This document shows, piece after piece, positions 9,665 through 18,493 of a stretch of DNA of 64,000 bases; the stretch's first letter is position 1, and each line of letters starts with the position of its first letter. This stretch comes from Chloroflexota bacterium. GTDB lineage: Bacteria; Chloroflexota; Anaerolineae; Aggregatilineales; J027. The DNA lies in assembly GCA_016234595.1 (NCBI GenBank), contig JACRBG010000001.1:10810-74809 (forward strand), given 5' to 3'. Made by a program: the position numbers and the translations under genes. A model generated the notes under the pieces. The model worked only from the letters and a program-made list of their open reading frames with translations, was not told the origin of the DNA and did no database searches.

Positions 9665-12600
9665 CAGCGAATTCACACGTTGCCGCGCTAATGCTGCATG
9701 TCGCCAATGTTTCTTCGCCACGCCGGACATAAAAAACGCTGTTCCCATTGGCGACTGTCCAGAAGTGGGTACTTGCTGCGCCTTGCCGAATCCATCCCAA
9801 AGAATTCCGGCACGGGGATGGCAGTACGGCCTCGTCGCGAGTGACCAATTGGAGACAGGCATCTGGCAACATCCGCCGTAAATCATCAAGGTTGATATTG
9901 GCAGGTAGCCATTGCGCCGTTGAAAACGATCCAAAGGAATCACCGACGAATGTCAGATCGCTGACATTTTGCTGGAACGGCGAGATATTGAATAACAAAA
10001 TGGAATCTTCGGTGTAGACCAAACGAATTTGGGGCTGAACGGGCAAGGTAGGTGAAGGTGTCGGTGTACCCGTCTGAGCCACTTCCAAAGCGGTACAGAA
10101 AGGCTCAACGATATAAATCTCCCGTTCGTTACATGTCAAGTTTCGCACCAAGCGATTTTCGCTCACCCATGTTTTCAATTCTTTAAGGGTATCAATACGC
10201 CATTCAATGATACTGCTGTCATCCGACGCCGAAAAAGCGGAGTGACCATCATAGCTAAAAGTGACATGATTGACCCCGCCGCGATGCCCTTCAAAACGGC
10301 GAATTTCTTCACCTGATTCCAAATCCCACAAAATCACGGTGGAATCGCTTGAGCCTGACAATGCAGTCAACCCATCCGGGCTGAAAGCCACACTGTTTAC
10401 CGCAGCGATGTGGCGACGATAACGACGAATCTCACTGCCTGTATTCGTATCCCACAAAATTAGGCTTTCATCAGCCGACCCAGAAAGCACTTGTTGGCCG
10501 TCAGGGCTAAAAGCGACGCTATTGACTGGGCCAAGATGTCCTGTAAAACGACGAACTTCTTCCACAGCCAATGTCCACAAAATAATTGTCCCATCCGAGC
10601 CGCCCGAGAGCAAAAACTGTTCATCAGCGCTGAGAGCAAGGCTAAGAATGGCAGTGTCTTGATGTGTTAACTGTTGGATTTGTGCGCCTGATGTTGCGTC
10701 CCACAAAATAATCTGACCATCTTCACCGCTCGAAATCAGGCGGGAGGCGCTATTTTGCCATACGATGCTGTAGACAGGCCCCACATGGCCTGTAAATTGG
10801 CGGACTTGTTGGCCCGTCGCCATATCCCATAAAATGATTTCGCCATCATCTGACCCCGACACAATTAAACTGTTATCGGCGTTAAACGCGGCGGTCAAAA
10901 TCCGACCAGTATGCCCTTCAAAGCGTCGGATTTCTTGCCCTGTTGAAACATCCCATAAAATCAGGGTATGGTCATTCGACCCCGATAACATCAATTGGTT
11001 ATCCGTCGAAACCACAATATCTTTGACTGGGCCGCCATGCCCCAAATTGGCAAACTGATGTAGTGGGGTCTCATTTTCGGCATCCCACAGAGTCAAAACA
11101 CGGTTGAGTCCACCCGCCATGATGCGGAAACTATTCGAGGTAGGCGCGATATCCATCCCAAAAATTTTCCCCGCGATGGTGTTTTCATAGCGGTGGATAA
11201 TCGCACCCGTTTCACGATCCCACAAAATCAGCACGCCGTTTTCACCTGCTGATAAGATTTGCGTGCCATCGGGAGTAAATTGAGCACGGGTGATGGGGGC
11301 ATCTTGGCCTACAAATTCACGGATACGAGTGGCGGTTTGAATATCCCACAACACCAAGGTAGCGTCCTTTGAACCGGAAAGGATGCTGCCACCGCGCGGG
11401 CTAAATTCGACGCTGGTCACCGGGCCACCATGCCCCTCAAAACGATGAACCTCTTCGCCTGTTGAGACATCCCACAAAATGAGGCTACTGTCCTCAAAAC
11501 CGCCGAGGGCTTGTTGTCCATCAAGGCTAAAGGCGACCGCATAAACTTGGCCTTCATAGCCTTCAAAACGCTTAATTTCTTCTCCAGTCAGTAAATTCCA
11601 TAAAATCAGTAAGCCATCTTGTGAACCCGTCAGGGCTGTTTCACCATCTGGGCTGATGGCAACACTCGTCACTGGACTGGTGTGTCCCTGCAATCGCAAC
11701 ACCACCTGTCCAGTCAACACGTTCCACCAAATCGCCGTGGTATCATCTGAACCGCTCAGGGCATATTGTCCATTAAAATTGAACACGACGCTGTTCACCG
11801 GGGCGGTATGACCGACCAAACGATTGACGACCTGCCCGGTCTCAATAGCCCATAAAATCACTGTGCCATCCAGTGAGCCTGTTAAAACCGTGTGCCCGTC
11901 GGGGCTAATGGCTAAATCTCCATTCGGCGCACCCCGTCCACTAAATTGCTCCGTCACCGCGCCGGGGTTTAAATCCCACCGCAGCAAGGTCATATCGTCC
12001 GCACCAGAAAAGACTGTCAAGCCATCGGGGTGAACCACCACGGTATTGACGTTCGCCGAGTGGCCCCGCAGTGTATAAAGTAATGCCCCTGATTCAACTT
12101 CCCAGATTTTGAGCGTGTCATCGGCTGAGGCTGAAACAAATCTGAGACCATCGGGTGTAAAAGCAACTGACCGCACCCAATCGGTATGTCCGTCGAATCT
12201 TCGAATTTCTTGACCGGATGCAATATCCCACAGAATCAATTGCGTATCATCTGCTCCGGTCAAAATCGTCCGGCCATCGGGGCTAAACGCGACAGTCCGT
12301 ACCCAATCCGTGTGACCCTCGAAGCGCCGTATTTCTCTACCGCCGACAATATCCCATAACACCACAACCCCGCGTCGGCTGTCAGTGCCATTTTCAACTG
12401 AACCCGACAAGGCCGTCAATCCATCGGGGCTAAACGCGACACTCGCCACGGGGCCAAGATTTCCGGAGAGTTTTTGGATTTGTGCCCCAGTTGCGACATT
12501 CCATAAAATAAGGGTTGTATCGCCAGAACCAGACAGTGCCCGTTGTCCATCTGGGCTAAATGCCACTGAAAAAACGGTATTGGTATGGCCTTTGAATTGG

Positions 12601-15600
12601 CGGATTTGTTCGCCTGTTTCAACATCCCACAAAATAAGAGTGTTATCTTCTGAACCTGAGAGAATCGTCCGACCATCGGGGCTAAAAGCCACCGACCGTA
12701 CCCAATTGGTATGCCCTTGAAAACGACGTACTATGTTGCCGCTTTCAATATCCCACAAGATAATCGTCTTATCATCACCCCCGGTTGCAAGATAACGACC
12801 ATCCGGGCTAATGGCAGTTGCTAAAACCCGTCCAGCGTGTCCCGCAAATTTTTGACGCACACCGGGAGCATAGCCCACTTGGGCTAACACACTCTGGGCT
12901 AGGGCCGAGGGTTGATCGGATTGATTGGCTTGCAGGGCCAGCGCGATTGAAAGCTGGTTATCGCCGTTTTGGAGGGCCACCTGTTGGGCATTGGCAGCTT
13001 GTAAAACACTTTGGGCCAATTGCTGTTGAATCTTGGCGACATCCTCCGCCGCCAACCGTCCTGCCGATTCCGTCTGGACAATCGCGGCCTGTGTTGAAGC
13101 ATCGTTGGCGTTTGCCTCAGCCTGACTCTGCGCCTCTATCGCCGTCGCAGCATTGTTCTGGGCAATCGCGGCTTGTGTCGAAGCATCGTTGGCGTTTATC
13201 TCGGCTTGACCCTGCGCCACCGTCGCAGCTATCGCATTTTCTTCAGCGATGGCAGCTTGTGTTGATGCCCGATTGGCTTGGTCTTGAGCCTGCCCTTGCG
13301 CTACCGTCGCCTTTATGGCATTTTCCTGAGCAATCGCGGCCTGAGTCGAGGCAATATTAGCCTGAACCAACGCATCGGCCTGTGCGGTTGAGGCCACATC
13401 GGCCTTCTCCTGTGCATCGCCCTGTGCATAGGTTGCTGTCGCCGCGTTGTTTTTCGCTTCTTGGGCAGAAGTGGCGGCAATAAAGGCTTGATTAATCGCA
13501 TCCCCTCGTGCCGTTTCAGCGGCTTGGGCCTGCTGTTCAGCATTTCCTTGCGCAACCGTTGCGGTCACGGCGGCGATTTCCGCTGTAGATGCGCTATCCA
13601 CCGCGATGGTTGCTGCTTGGTTGGACGTTGCGGCCTGCTGGGCGGCTATACCTTGTAAATATTGGGCGGTTTGCGCACTATCGACTGCATCAGCACGAGC
13701 ACTTTCAGCACGGCGGCTCTCACTAAACGCGAAAATTGTTAAGCCAATGCCCATTACGGCAACCAAGACGGCTGCAATGAGGGCTAACCCTCGATTACGA
13801 TTACGCCGACGGAGTTCAGCCTCACGCGCTTTCCGTTCTTGTTCAGCCGCCATATCCAATTCGCGTTTTTGCACGCTGGCGTGAATAAAATCGACTTCGC
13901 GCTGGTTGAGGGCAATGTCCCCGCCTGCCAACAGTGCCTCATATTGCTGCAAGCGCACCCCACCGACTAAATAATTGGTGTCTTGCTGATGGTCGAACCA
14001 TTCGGTGGTTTCGCTGGTCAGCCGTCGCTGCAAACGCAAATCCTCACGACTGTCATTGAGCCACTCGCGTAGCCGCACCCATTGACGGATTAAAGCTTCG
14101 TGGGCAACCTCAACAGTAGGCTCACGGGTCTGGGGGTCATTATCAAAGGTAAGCAAGCGCGACTTTCCAAATATCTCAATAACCGCTTCCATGACCTCTT
14201 GCTGCTGGCCTGCCACTGAGATAAGTTCGGCCCAATGTGCCCGTCGTCGTGTATCCTCGTTGCCTTCGCCAACTGCGACTAGTCGTAAGAACATTTGGCG
14301 AGTGGCTGATTGTTTTTCGTTGTCCAGTTCGACAAATATTTCTTCGGCTCGCCGTGCTAATGCTCCTAAAGCGCCACCAATATCTTGATAGGCCTTGATA
14401 TTGAGCGTCATACCATCCCGTCGCTCGAACACCTCGGTTAAGGCATATTGTAAGAGGGGCAAGGCGCCGGGTTCATTACTAATATCCCCGACAATCGCCG
14501 CCACCAGTTGAGGCTCGACCAGCAAGCCAACTCGTTTGGCTGGGCCAACAATCGCCCGTTCCAATTCATCTGCGGAAAGGGGTAGCACAACTTCAGTACG
14601 TTCACGGATAAGGGCCCCAAATTCGGGATAGAGCAAGGGGCGGTCATAAAAATCAGCTCGGAGTGTGATGATAAGCTGGATACGGCTGGAAGGATCACGC
14701 ACAGCTGCCAATAAGCTATTTAAGAAATGAGCACGTTCGGCCTCATTTTCAACCAGCGTAAAGACTTCCTCAAACTGATCAATCACTAGTACAAGTTCGC
14801 TGTCCGCCCCCGGTAGAACGGCTTTGACCATCTCTGTCAGGCCGTTTTCATCCTCACGCAGGCGTTTGAGCATGGCCTCATCCGCATCAACCGCAAAAGA
14901 CAATAGCTCGGTCTCAAGTTGGGTTACTGGATGAGGGCCGGGAACCATCTCGGCATAAAAACTAGAGCCATAGCCCGTAATTGCCCCACCGCGCAATCGG
15001 GGAATTAACCCAGCCTTGACAACACTCGACTTCCCACTGCCACTTGGCCCAATCACTGCCAGAAAACGCGAATACGGATGGGGTTCACGTAGGCGTTTGA
15101 GTAATTGATCCACTAAGTTATCACGCCCAAAAAAGTCCGAAGCATCAGCTACTTGGAAAGCCCGCAAACCTTTATAAGGATTGACTGGCTCGGCCAACAT
15201 CAACAAATTGGTATCAATCGTGATAGGGCCAGTGGTGGCGGTATCGCGGGTAATAATGATGAGATCATCATCACCATCCCCTAGACTGGTTGGTCGGGCA
15301 GCAGGAGCTGCACTACTCAATGCCCGCCGAAAATCCGCCGCAAATGTTAAAGTATCAATATAGCGGTCTTCCGGGTCTTTGGCGGTTGCTTTTTGAACCA
15401 CTCGATTAAGCGAGGTGGGTAGTTCGTCGCGCAATTGGCGCAACGGCGGCAATGGGTCATTCAGATGTCTAAGAATAAGTTCCGAGGATTGCGCATCGGG
15501 AAAAGGTTGCTGTCCAGTCAACACCTCAAACATGACAATGCCGAGGCCATAGACATCGGTCTGGGGGGTAATAGATTTACTACGAATTTGCTCTGGTGAC

Positions 15601-16193
15601 ATATAGGCTGGTGAGCCAATCACTGTGCCGGGGGCATCAAGTTCATCGCTGAGAGCCGATAACTTACCGTCGTGCCCCAAATCTTTGGCAATCCCAAAAT
15701 CGGAGAGATAGGCGTTACGTTCTTCATCCAAAAGAATATTGGCAGGTTTTAAATCGCGGTGAATAACCCCATTGCGATGCGCGACAGTCAAGGCCGCTGC
15801 AATTTGGTCAAGTAAGCGGGCGGCATCTTCGGGATTCCAAACCCCACGCTTAAGCGAATCTTGCATACTGCCACCACGCAACCAGCGCATTACCAAAAAC
15901 GCACCGGAAGGGTCGCGCCAATAATCATACAATGGCACAATGTGAAGATGCTCTAATCGGGCAACAAGTTGCGCCTCAGCCTCAAACCGCCGTATAAAAT
16001 CAGGGTGATTGGCATATTGGGGTAGAATAATTTTGATGGCGACCTCGCGTTTGACGAGGGTTTGGTAGGCCCGATAGACCGCGCCAAAACCACCTTGCCC
16101 AATACGTTCTTGTAATTCGTAACCCTTAATTGTTTGCCCGCTAAGATTATCCATTTTTCCATCCACGCTGGCGGCATAAGATATTTTTGACAC
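9651..16193 (-). CDS. Multidomain Ser/Thr protein kinase - STAND P-loop NTPase - TM helix - Ala/Gln-rich repeat tract - WD40 beta-propeller array - Cys-containing C-terminal domain
   Basis: 2180-aa ORF. Hanks kinase motifs (GQGGFGAVY, HRDLKPANILL, DFG, SPEQ) sit at the N-terminus. Walker A 'GPSGSGKSS' and Walker B 'LVLVIDQFEE' with the 'PYKGLRAFQ..DFFGR' motif mark a STAND NTPase. The hydrophobic stretch 'GLALIAAVLVAVMGIGLTIFAF' follows 'RRRNRNR'. About 19 WD40 units of the type 'GHTxWVRSVAFSPDG...SGSxDxTLILWD' follow. Confidence 0.85.
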   Translation of the reverse strand: MSKISYAASVDGKMDNLSGQTIKGYELQERIGQGGFGAVYRAYQTLVKREVAIKIILPQYANHPDFIRRFEAEAQLVARLEHLHIVPLYDYWRDPSGAFLVMRWLRGGSMQDSLKRGVWNPEDAARLLDQIAAALTVAHRNGVIHRDLKPANILLDEERNAYLSDFGIAKDLGHDGKLSALSDELDAPGTVIGSPAYMSPEQIRSKSITPQTDVYGLGIVMFEVLTGQQPFPDAQSSELILRHLNDPLPPLRQLRDELPTSLNRVVQKATAKDPEDRYIDTLTFAADFRRALSSAAPAARPTSLGDGDDDLIIITRDTATTGPITIDTNLLMLAEPVNPYKGLRAFQVADASDFFGRDNLVDQLLKRLREPHPYSRFLAVIGPSGSGKSSVVKAGLIPRLRGGAITGYGSSFYAEMVPGPHPVTQLETELLSFAVDADEAMLKRLREDENGLTEMVKAVLPGADSELVLVIDQFEEVFTLVENEAERAHFLNSLLAAVRDPSSRIQLIITLRADFYDRPLLYPEFGALIRERTEVVLPLSADELERAIVGPAKRVGLLVEPQLVAAIVGDISNEPGALPLLQYALTEVFERRDGMTLNIKAYQDIGGALGALARRAEEIFVELDNEKQSATRQMFLRLVAVGEGNEDTRRRAHWAELISVAGQQQEVMEAVIEIFGKSRLLTFDNDPQTREPTVEVAHEALIRQWVRLREWLNDSREDLRLQRRLTSETTEWFDHQQDTNYLVGGVRLQQYEALLAGGDIALNQREVDFIHASVQKRELDMAAEQERKAREAELRRRNRNRGLALIAAVLVAVMGIGLTIFAFSESRRAESARADAVDSAQTAQYLQGIAAQQAATSNQAATIAVDSASTAEIAAVTATVAQGNAEQQAQAAETARGDAINQAFIAATSAQEAKNNAATATYAQGDAQEKADVASTAQADALVQANIASTQAAIAQENAIKATVAQGQAQDQANRASTQAAIAEENAIAATVAQGQAEINANDASTQAAIAQNNAATAIEAQSQAEANANDASTQAAIVQTESAGRLAAEDVAKIQQQLAQSVLQAANAQQVALQNGDNQLSIALALQANQSDQPSALAQSVLAQVGYAPGVRQKFAGHAGRVLATAISPDGRYLATGGDDKTIILWDIESGNIVRRFQGHTNWVRSVAFSPDGRTILSGSEDNTLILWDVETGEQIRQFKGHTNTVFSVAFSPDGQRALSGSGDTTLILWNVATGAQIQKLSGNLGPVASVAFSPDGLTALSGSVENGTDSRRGVVVLWDIVGGREIRRFEGHTDWVRTVAFSPDGRTILTGADDTQLILWDIASGQEIRRFDGHTDWVRSVAFTPDGLRFVSASADDTLKIWEVESGALLYTLRGHSANVNTVVVHPDGLTVFSGADDMTLLRWDLNPGAVTEQFSGRGAPNGDLAISPDGHTVLTGSLDGTVILWAIETGQVVNRLVGHTAPVNSVVFNFNGQYALSGSDDTTAIWWNVLTGQVVLRLQGHTSPVTSVAISPDGETALTGSQDGLLILWNLLTGEEIKRFEGYEGQVYAVAFSLDGQQALGGFEDSSLILWDVSTGEEVHRFEGHGGPVTSVEFSPRGGSILSGSKDATLVLWDIQTATRIREFVGQDAPITRAQFTPDGTQILSAGENGVLILWDRETGAIIHRYENTIAGKIFGMDIAPTSNSFRIMAGGLNRVLTLWDAENETPLHQFANLGHGGPVKDIVVSTDNQLMLSGSNDHTLILWDVSTGQEIRRFEGHTGRILTAAFNADNSLIVSGSDDGEIILWDMATGQQVRQFTGHVGPVYSIVWQNSASRLISSGEDGQIILWDATSGAQIQQLTHQDTAILSLALSADEQFLLSGGSDGTIILWTLAVEEVRRFTGHLGPVNSVAFSPDGQQVLSGSADESLILWDTNTGSEIRRYRRHIAAVNSVAFSPDGLTALSGSSDSTVILWDLESGEEIRRFEGHRGGVNHVTFSYDGHSAFSASDDSSIIEWRIDTLKELKTWVSENRLVRNLTCNEREIYIVEPFCTALEVAQTGTPTPSPTLPVQPQIRLVYTEDSILLFNISPFQQNVSDLTFVGDSFGSFSTAQWLPANINLDDLRRMLPDACLQLVTRDEAVLPSPCRNSLGWIRQGAASTHFWTVANGNSVFYVRRGEETLATCSISAATCEFAVTEE
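10490..12890. repeat. Intragenic array of WD40-encoding repeats (~126-bp period, degenerate)
   Basis: The protein-level periodicity of 'WD' dipeptides and 'SPDG' turns is mirrored in recurring DNA motifs. Antisense ORFs in this region are artefacts of the repeats. Confidence 0.6.
13085..13420. repeat. Four near-identical 84-bp tandem repeats (28-aa units 'ASTQAAIAxxNAIxATVAQGQAxxxANx') inside the kinase/WD40 gene
   Basis: Direct reading of the DNA: units start at about 13085, 13169, 13253 and 13337, each at roughly 85-90% identity to its neighbours. More degenerate copies flank these on both sides (12940-13700). Confidence 0.7.
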
Positions 16194-16297
16194 TTGCCTA
16201 GATTAGCATTCTTTATGGTTTTTGTGCAAAGGCCCTGAAATAGAACAGAGGCGACTTCTAAATCCCTAGAAAGCCGCCCTGTAATTTAGCGTCGAGG

Positions 16298-17059
16298 TTA
16301 AGAATTGCGTTCCGCTACCAGACGTAGGCCCTCTAAAGTTAAGAAAGGGTCGACTACATCAAAACGATCCGTCAGGGGGGCGATTAAACTGACCAACCCT
16401 CCCGTGGCAATCACCTTTGCACCGCCCAGTTCGGCTTTCACCCGGTCAATCAAGCCTTCGGTCATGGCAACATAACCCACGACCAATCCTGCCTGCATGG
16501 AGTGAACCGTGTTGCGTCCAATCACGGATGGTGGGGGTACTAAATCCACATAAGGCAGTTTAGCCGCCTTGCTGACTAGCGAATCAGCTGTGGCGTGTAA
16601 TCCTGCCGAAATCGCTACGCCCAAAAAATCACCTTGCCCGTTGATAGCGATAAATTTGGTGGCTGTCCCAAAATCCACCACAATGCAATTAGCCCTGAAG
16701 TGATCATAGGCCGCCACCGCATCAGCGATTAAATCGGCACCCACCTGATTTGGAAAATCAGTGCGGATGTTGATGCCTAAATTGATCCCATATTGCAATA
16801 CTACTGGAGGATGTGGCACATATTTTTCGGCAATTTGAATCATGCCGGGGGTCAATTTGGGAACCACACTGCTGACAACAGAACCGGTTAGATTAGAGAG
16901 TTGAAGACCAGAATCAGCGAAAAATTGGCGGAAATAGGCGGCATATTCATCTGCCATACGGTCAGCAACGGTTTGCACCCGCCAAACATGTGTCCATTGC
17001 TGACCGTCGTGTATGCCAAATTTTACGTTGGTGTTGCCAACGTCAATGGCAAACAGCAT
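16298..17059 (-). CDS. coaX: Type III pantothenate kinase
   Basis: 253 aa. N-terminus 'MLFAIDVGNTNVKFG', an acetate/sugar-kinase fold, and a length typical of CoaX/Bvg accessory factor. It lies 6 bp downstream of the aminotransferase on the same strand. Confidence 0.8.
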   Translation of the reverse strand: MLFAIDVGNTNVKFGIHDGQQWTHVWRVQTVADRMADEYAAYFRQFFADSGLQLSNLTGSVVSSVVPKLTPGMIQIAEKYVPHPPVVLQYGINLGINIRTDFPNQVGADLIADAVAAYDHFRANCIVVDFGTATKFIAINGQGDFLGVAISAGLHATADSLVSKAAKLPYVDLVPPPSVIGRNTVHSMQAGLVVGYVAMTEGLIDRVKAELGGAKVIATGGLVSLIAPLTDRFDVVDPFLTLEGLRLVAERNS

Positions 17060-17065
17060 TCGTTT

Positions 17066-18448
17066 TTATCCTTCGTAGTAGGTGTCCACTTCATCAAGGG
17101 CCGCATCCAAAATCTGAAGCCCTTCCTGAAGCTGCTCTTCGGTAATAATCAGTGGTGGGGTGCAGAACACATAATCCCAGCGAATCATGGTGCTGAGGCC
17201 ACTCTTACGCAGGGCCGCGCCTAGTTTCTTGGTCGGTTCGCTCTGCGGGAGATTAAACCCGCTCATTGGCTCTCGAGTTTCACGGTTTTTAACTAGTTCA
17301 ATCACATGATGCAGCCCCGCGCCACGTACCTCCCCAATCGAGGGGTGTTTTTCCGCAAGATCATTTAAGCCTCGACGGAGTACCTTACCCATTTCGCGCG
17401 AGCGTTCAATGAGCTTTTCTTGGTGATAAACTTCCATTGTTGCCACACCCGCCGCACACGCCAACGCATGAGAGCTATAGGTCAGGCCACCCCATAGGAT
17501 ATGGTCGTCGAAATATTTAGCGACTTCTTCGGTGACAGTGACACCTCCTAAGGGCACATAACCGCAGGTGACGCCTTTGGCAAAGGTAATCATATCAGGG
17601 GTAACCCCATAGTGATTGATGCCAAACCATTCGCCTGTACGCCCAAAACCACTCATGACCTCATCGGCAATCAGCAGAATGCCGTATTTATCGCAAATTT
17701 CGCGGATACGTGTCCAGAAAACCTGTCCGCCTTGAATGATACCGCTCGAACCACTATAGCCTTCCAGCATAATCGCGGCGACGTACTGCGGCCCTTCCAA
17801 AATAATCGTATCCTCAATCAAATCCGCCAACAGCGCATCACCTTCGTCAGGGGTGCGGTCACGATAGATAGGGCTGCGATACGAATAGGGGTCAGGTACA
17901 TGCACCACCCACGGCACACCCGGCTCATTCGCTAAACGACGGGGATCACCACCCGCCGAAGCCGAGGCAAACGTTCCACCGTGATAGGCACGATACCGCG
18001 CCACAATCTTTTGGCGTCCAGTCGAAAGCCGCGCGATCTTCATGGCGTTTTCAACAGCTTCAGCGCCGCCAATAGTAAACAAAGTTTTCTTCAGATTACC
18101 GGGCATGACTTCGGCCAACATTTGCCCCAAACGACCACGCGGTTCGGTGGCAAGGGTTGGCTGGACATAGCACAATTTTTCGGCCTGCTCTTGAATGGCA
18201 CGAACGACGTGTTTGTTACTATGGCCGATGTTGACATTGACCAATTGCGACGACCAATCCAAATAGCGTTTGCCATCGGCGTCCCAAACATAGACCCCTT
18301 CAGCCCGGACAGCACTCACCGGGTTGGCCCATGTATTCTGGGCTGACCAACTGGTGAGGGTATATTCGCGGTTAAGTTCAACCAGTTCTGCATGACTGGC
18401 GACATGAGAAGCCATATAAAACCTTCCTTGAATACTGATTTTGAACAA
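17066..18448 (-). CDS. Class-III PLP-dependent aminotransferase (omega-amino acid/beta-alanine:pyruvate transaminase type)
   Basis: 460 aa. 'LIADEVMSGFGRTGEWFG' and a downstream 'TFAKG' PLP-lysine block are diagnostic of aminotransferase class III. Confidence 0.8.
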   Translation of the reverse strand: MFKISIQGRFYMASHVASHAELVELNREYTLTSWSAQNTWANPVSAVRAEGVYVWDADGKRYLDWSSQLVNVNIGHSNKHVVRAIQEQAEKLCYVQPTLATEPRGRLGQMLAEVMPGNLKKTLFTIGGAEAVENAMKIARLSTGRQKIVARYRAYHGGTFASASAGGDPRRLANEPGVPWVVHVPDPYSYRSPIYRDRTPDEGDALLADLIEDTIILEGPQYVAAIMLEGYSGSSGIIQGGQVFWTRIREICDKYGILLIADEVMSGFGRTGEWFGINHYGVTPDMITFAKGVTCGYVPLGGVTVTEEVAKYFDDHILWGGLTYSSHALACAAGVATMEVYHQEKLIERSREMGKVLRRGLNDLAEKHPSIGEVRGAGLHHVIELVKNRETREPMSGFNLPQSEPTKKLGAALRKSGLSTMIRWDYVFCTPPLIITEEQLQEGLQILDAALDEVDTYYEG

Positions 18449-18493
18449 AAGAACAATGGGCCTATTTGCCAGAACCCATTGTTCAAAACAGGC

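Noticed and set aside
12385-13360. Several 60-180-aa ORFs antisense to, or in other frames of, the kinase/WD40 gene (e.g. 12385-12720 +, 12818-13360 +, 13313-13555 -)
   Set aside because: They lie entirely inside a 6.5-kb ORF with strong kinase, STAND and WD40 motifs. They have repetitive low-complexity translations (Pro/Arg/Ser-rich) typical of out-of-frame reads of repeats, and no independent start or RBS context.
10490-13700. Periodic DNA repeats that could at first glance resemble a CRISPR array
   Set aside because: Periods of 84 bp and ~126 bp with a continuous in-frame coding sequence, no short conserved repeat-spacer structure and no cas genes. They are WD40 and Ala/Gln protein repeats.
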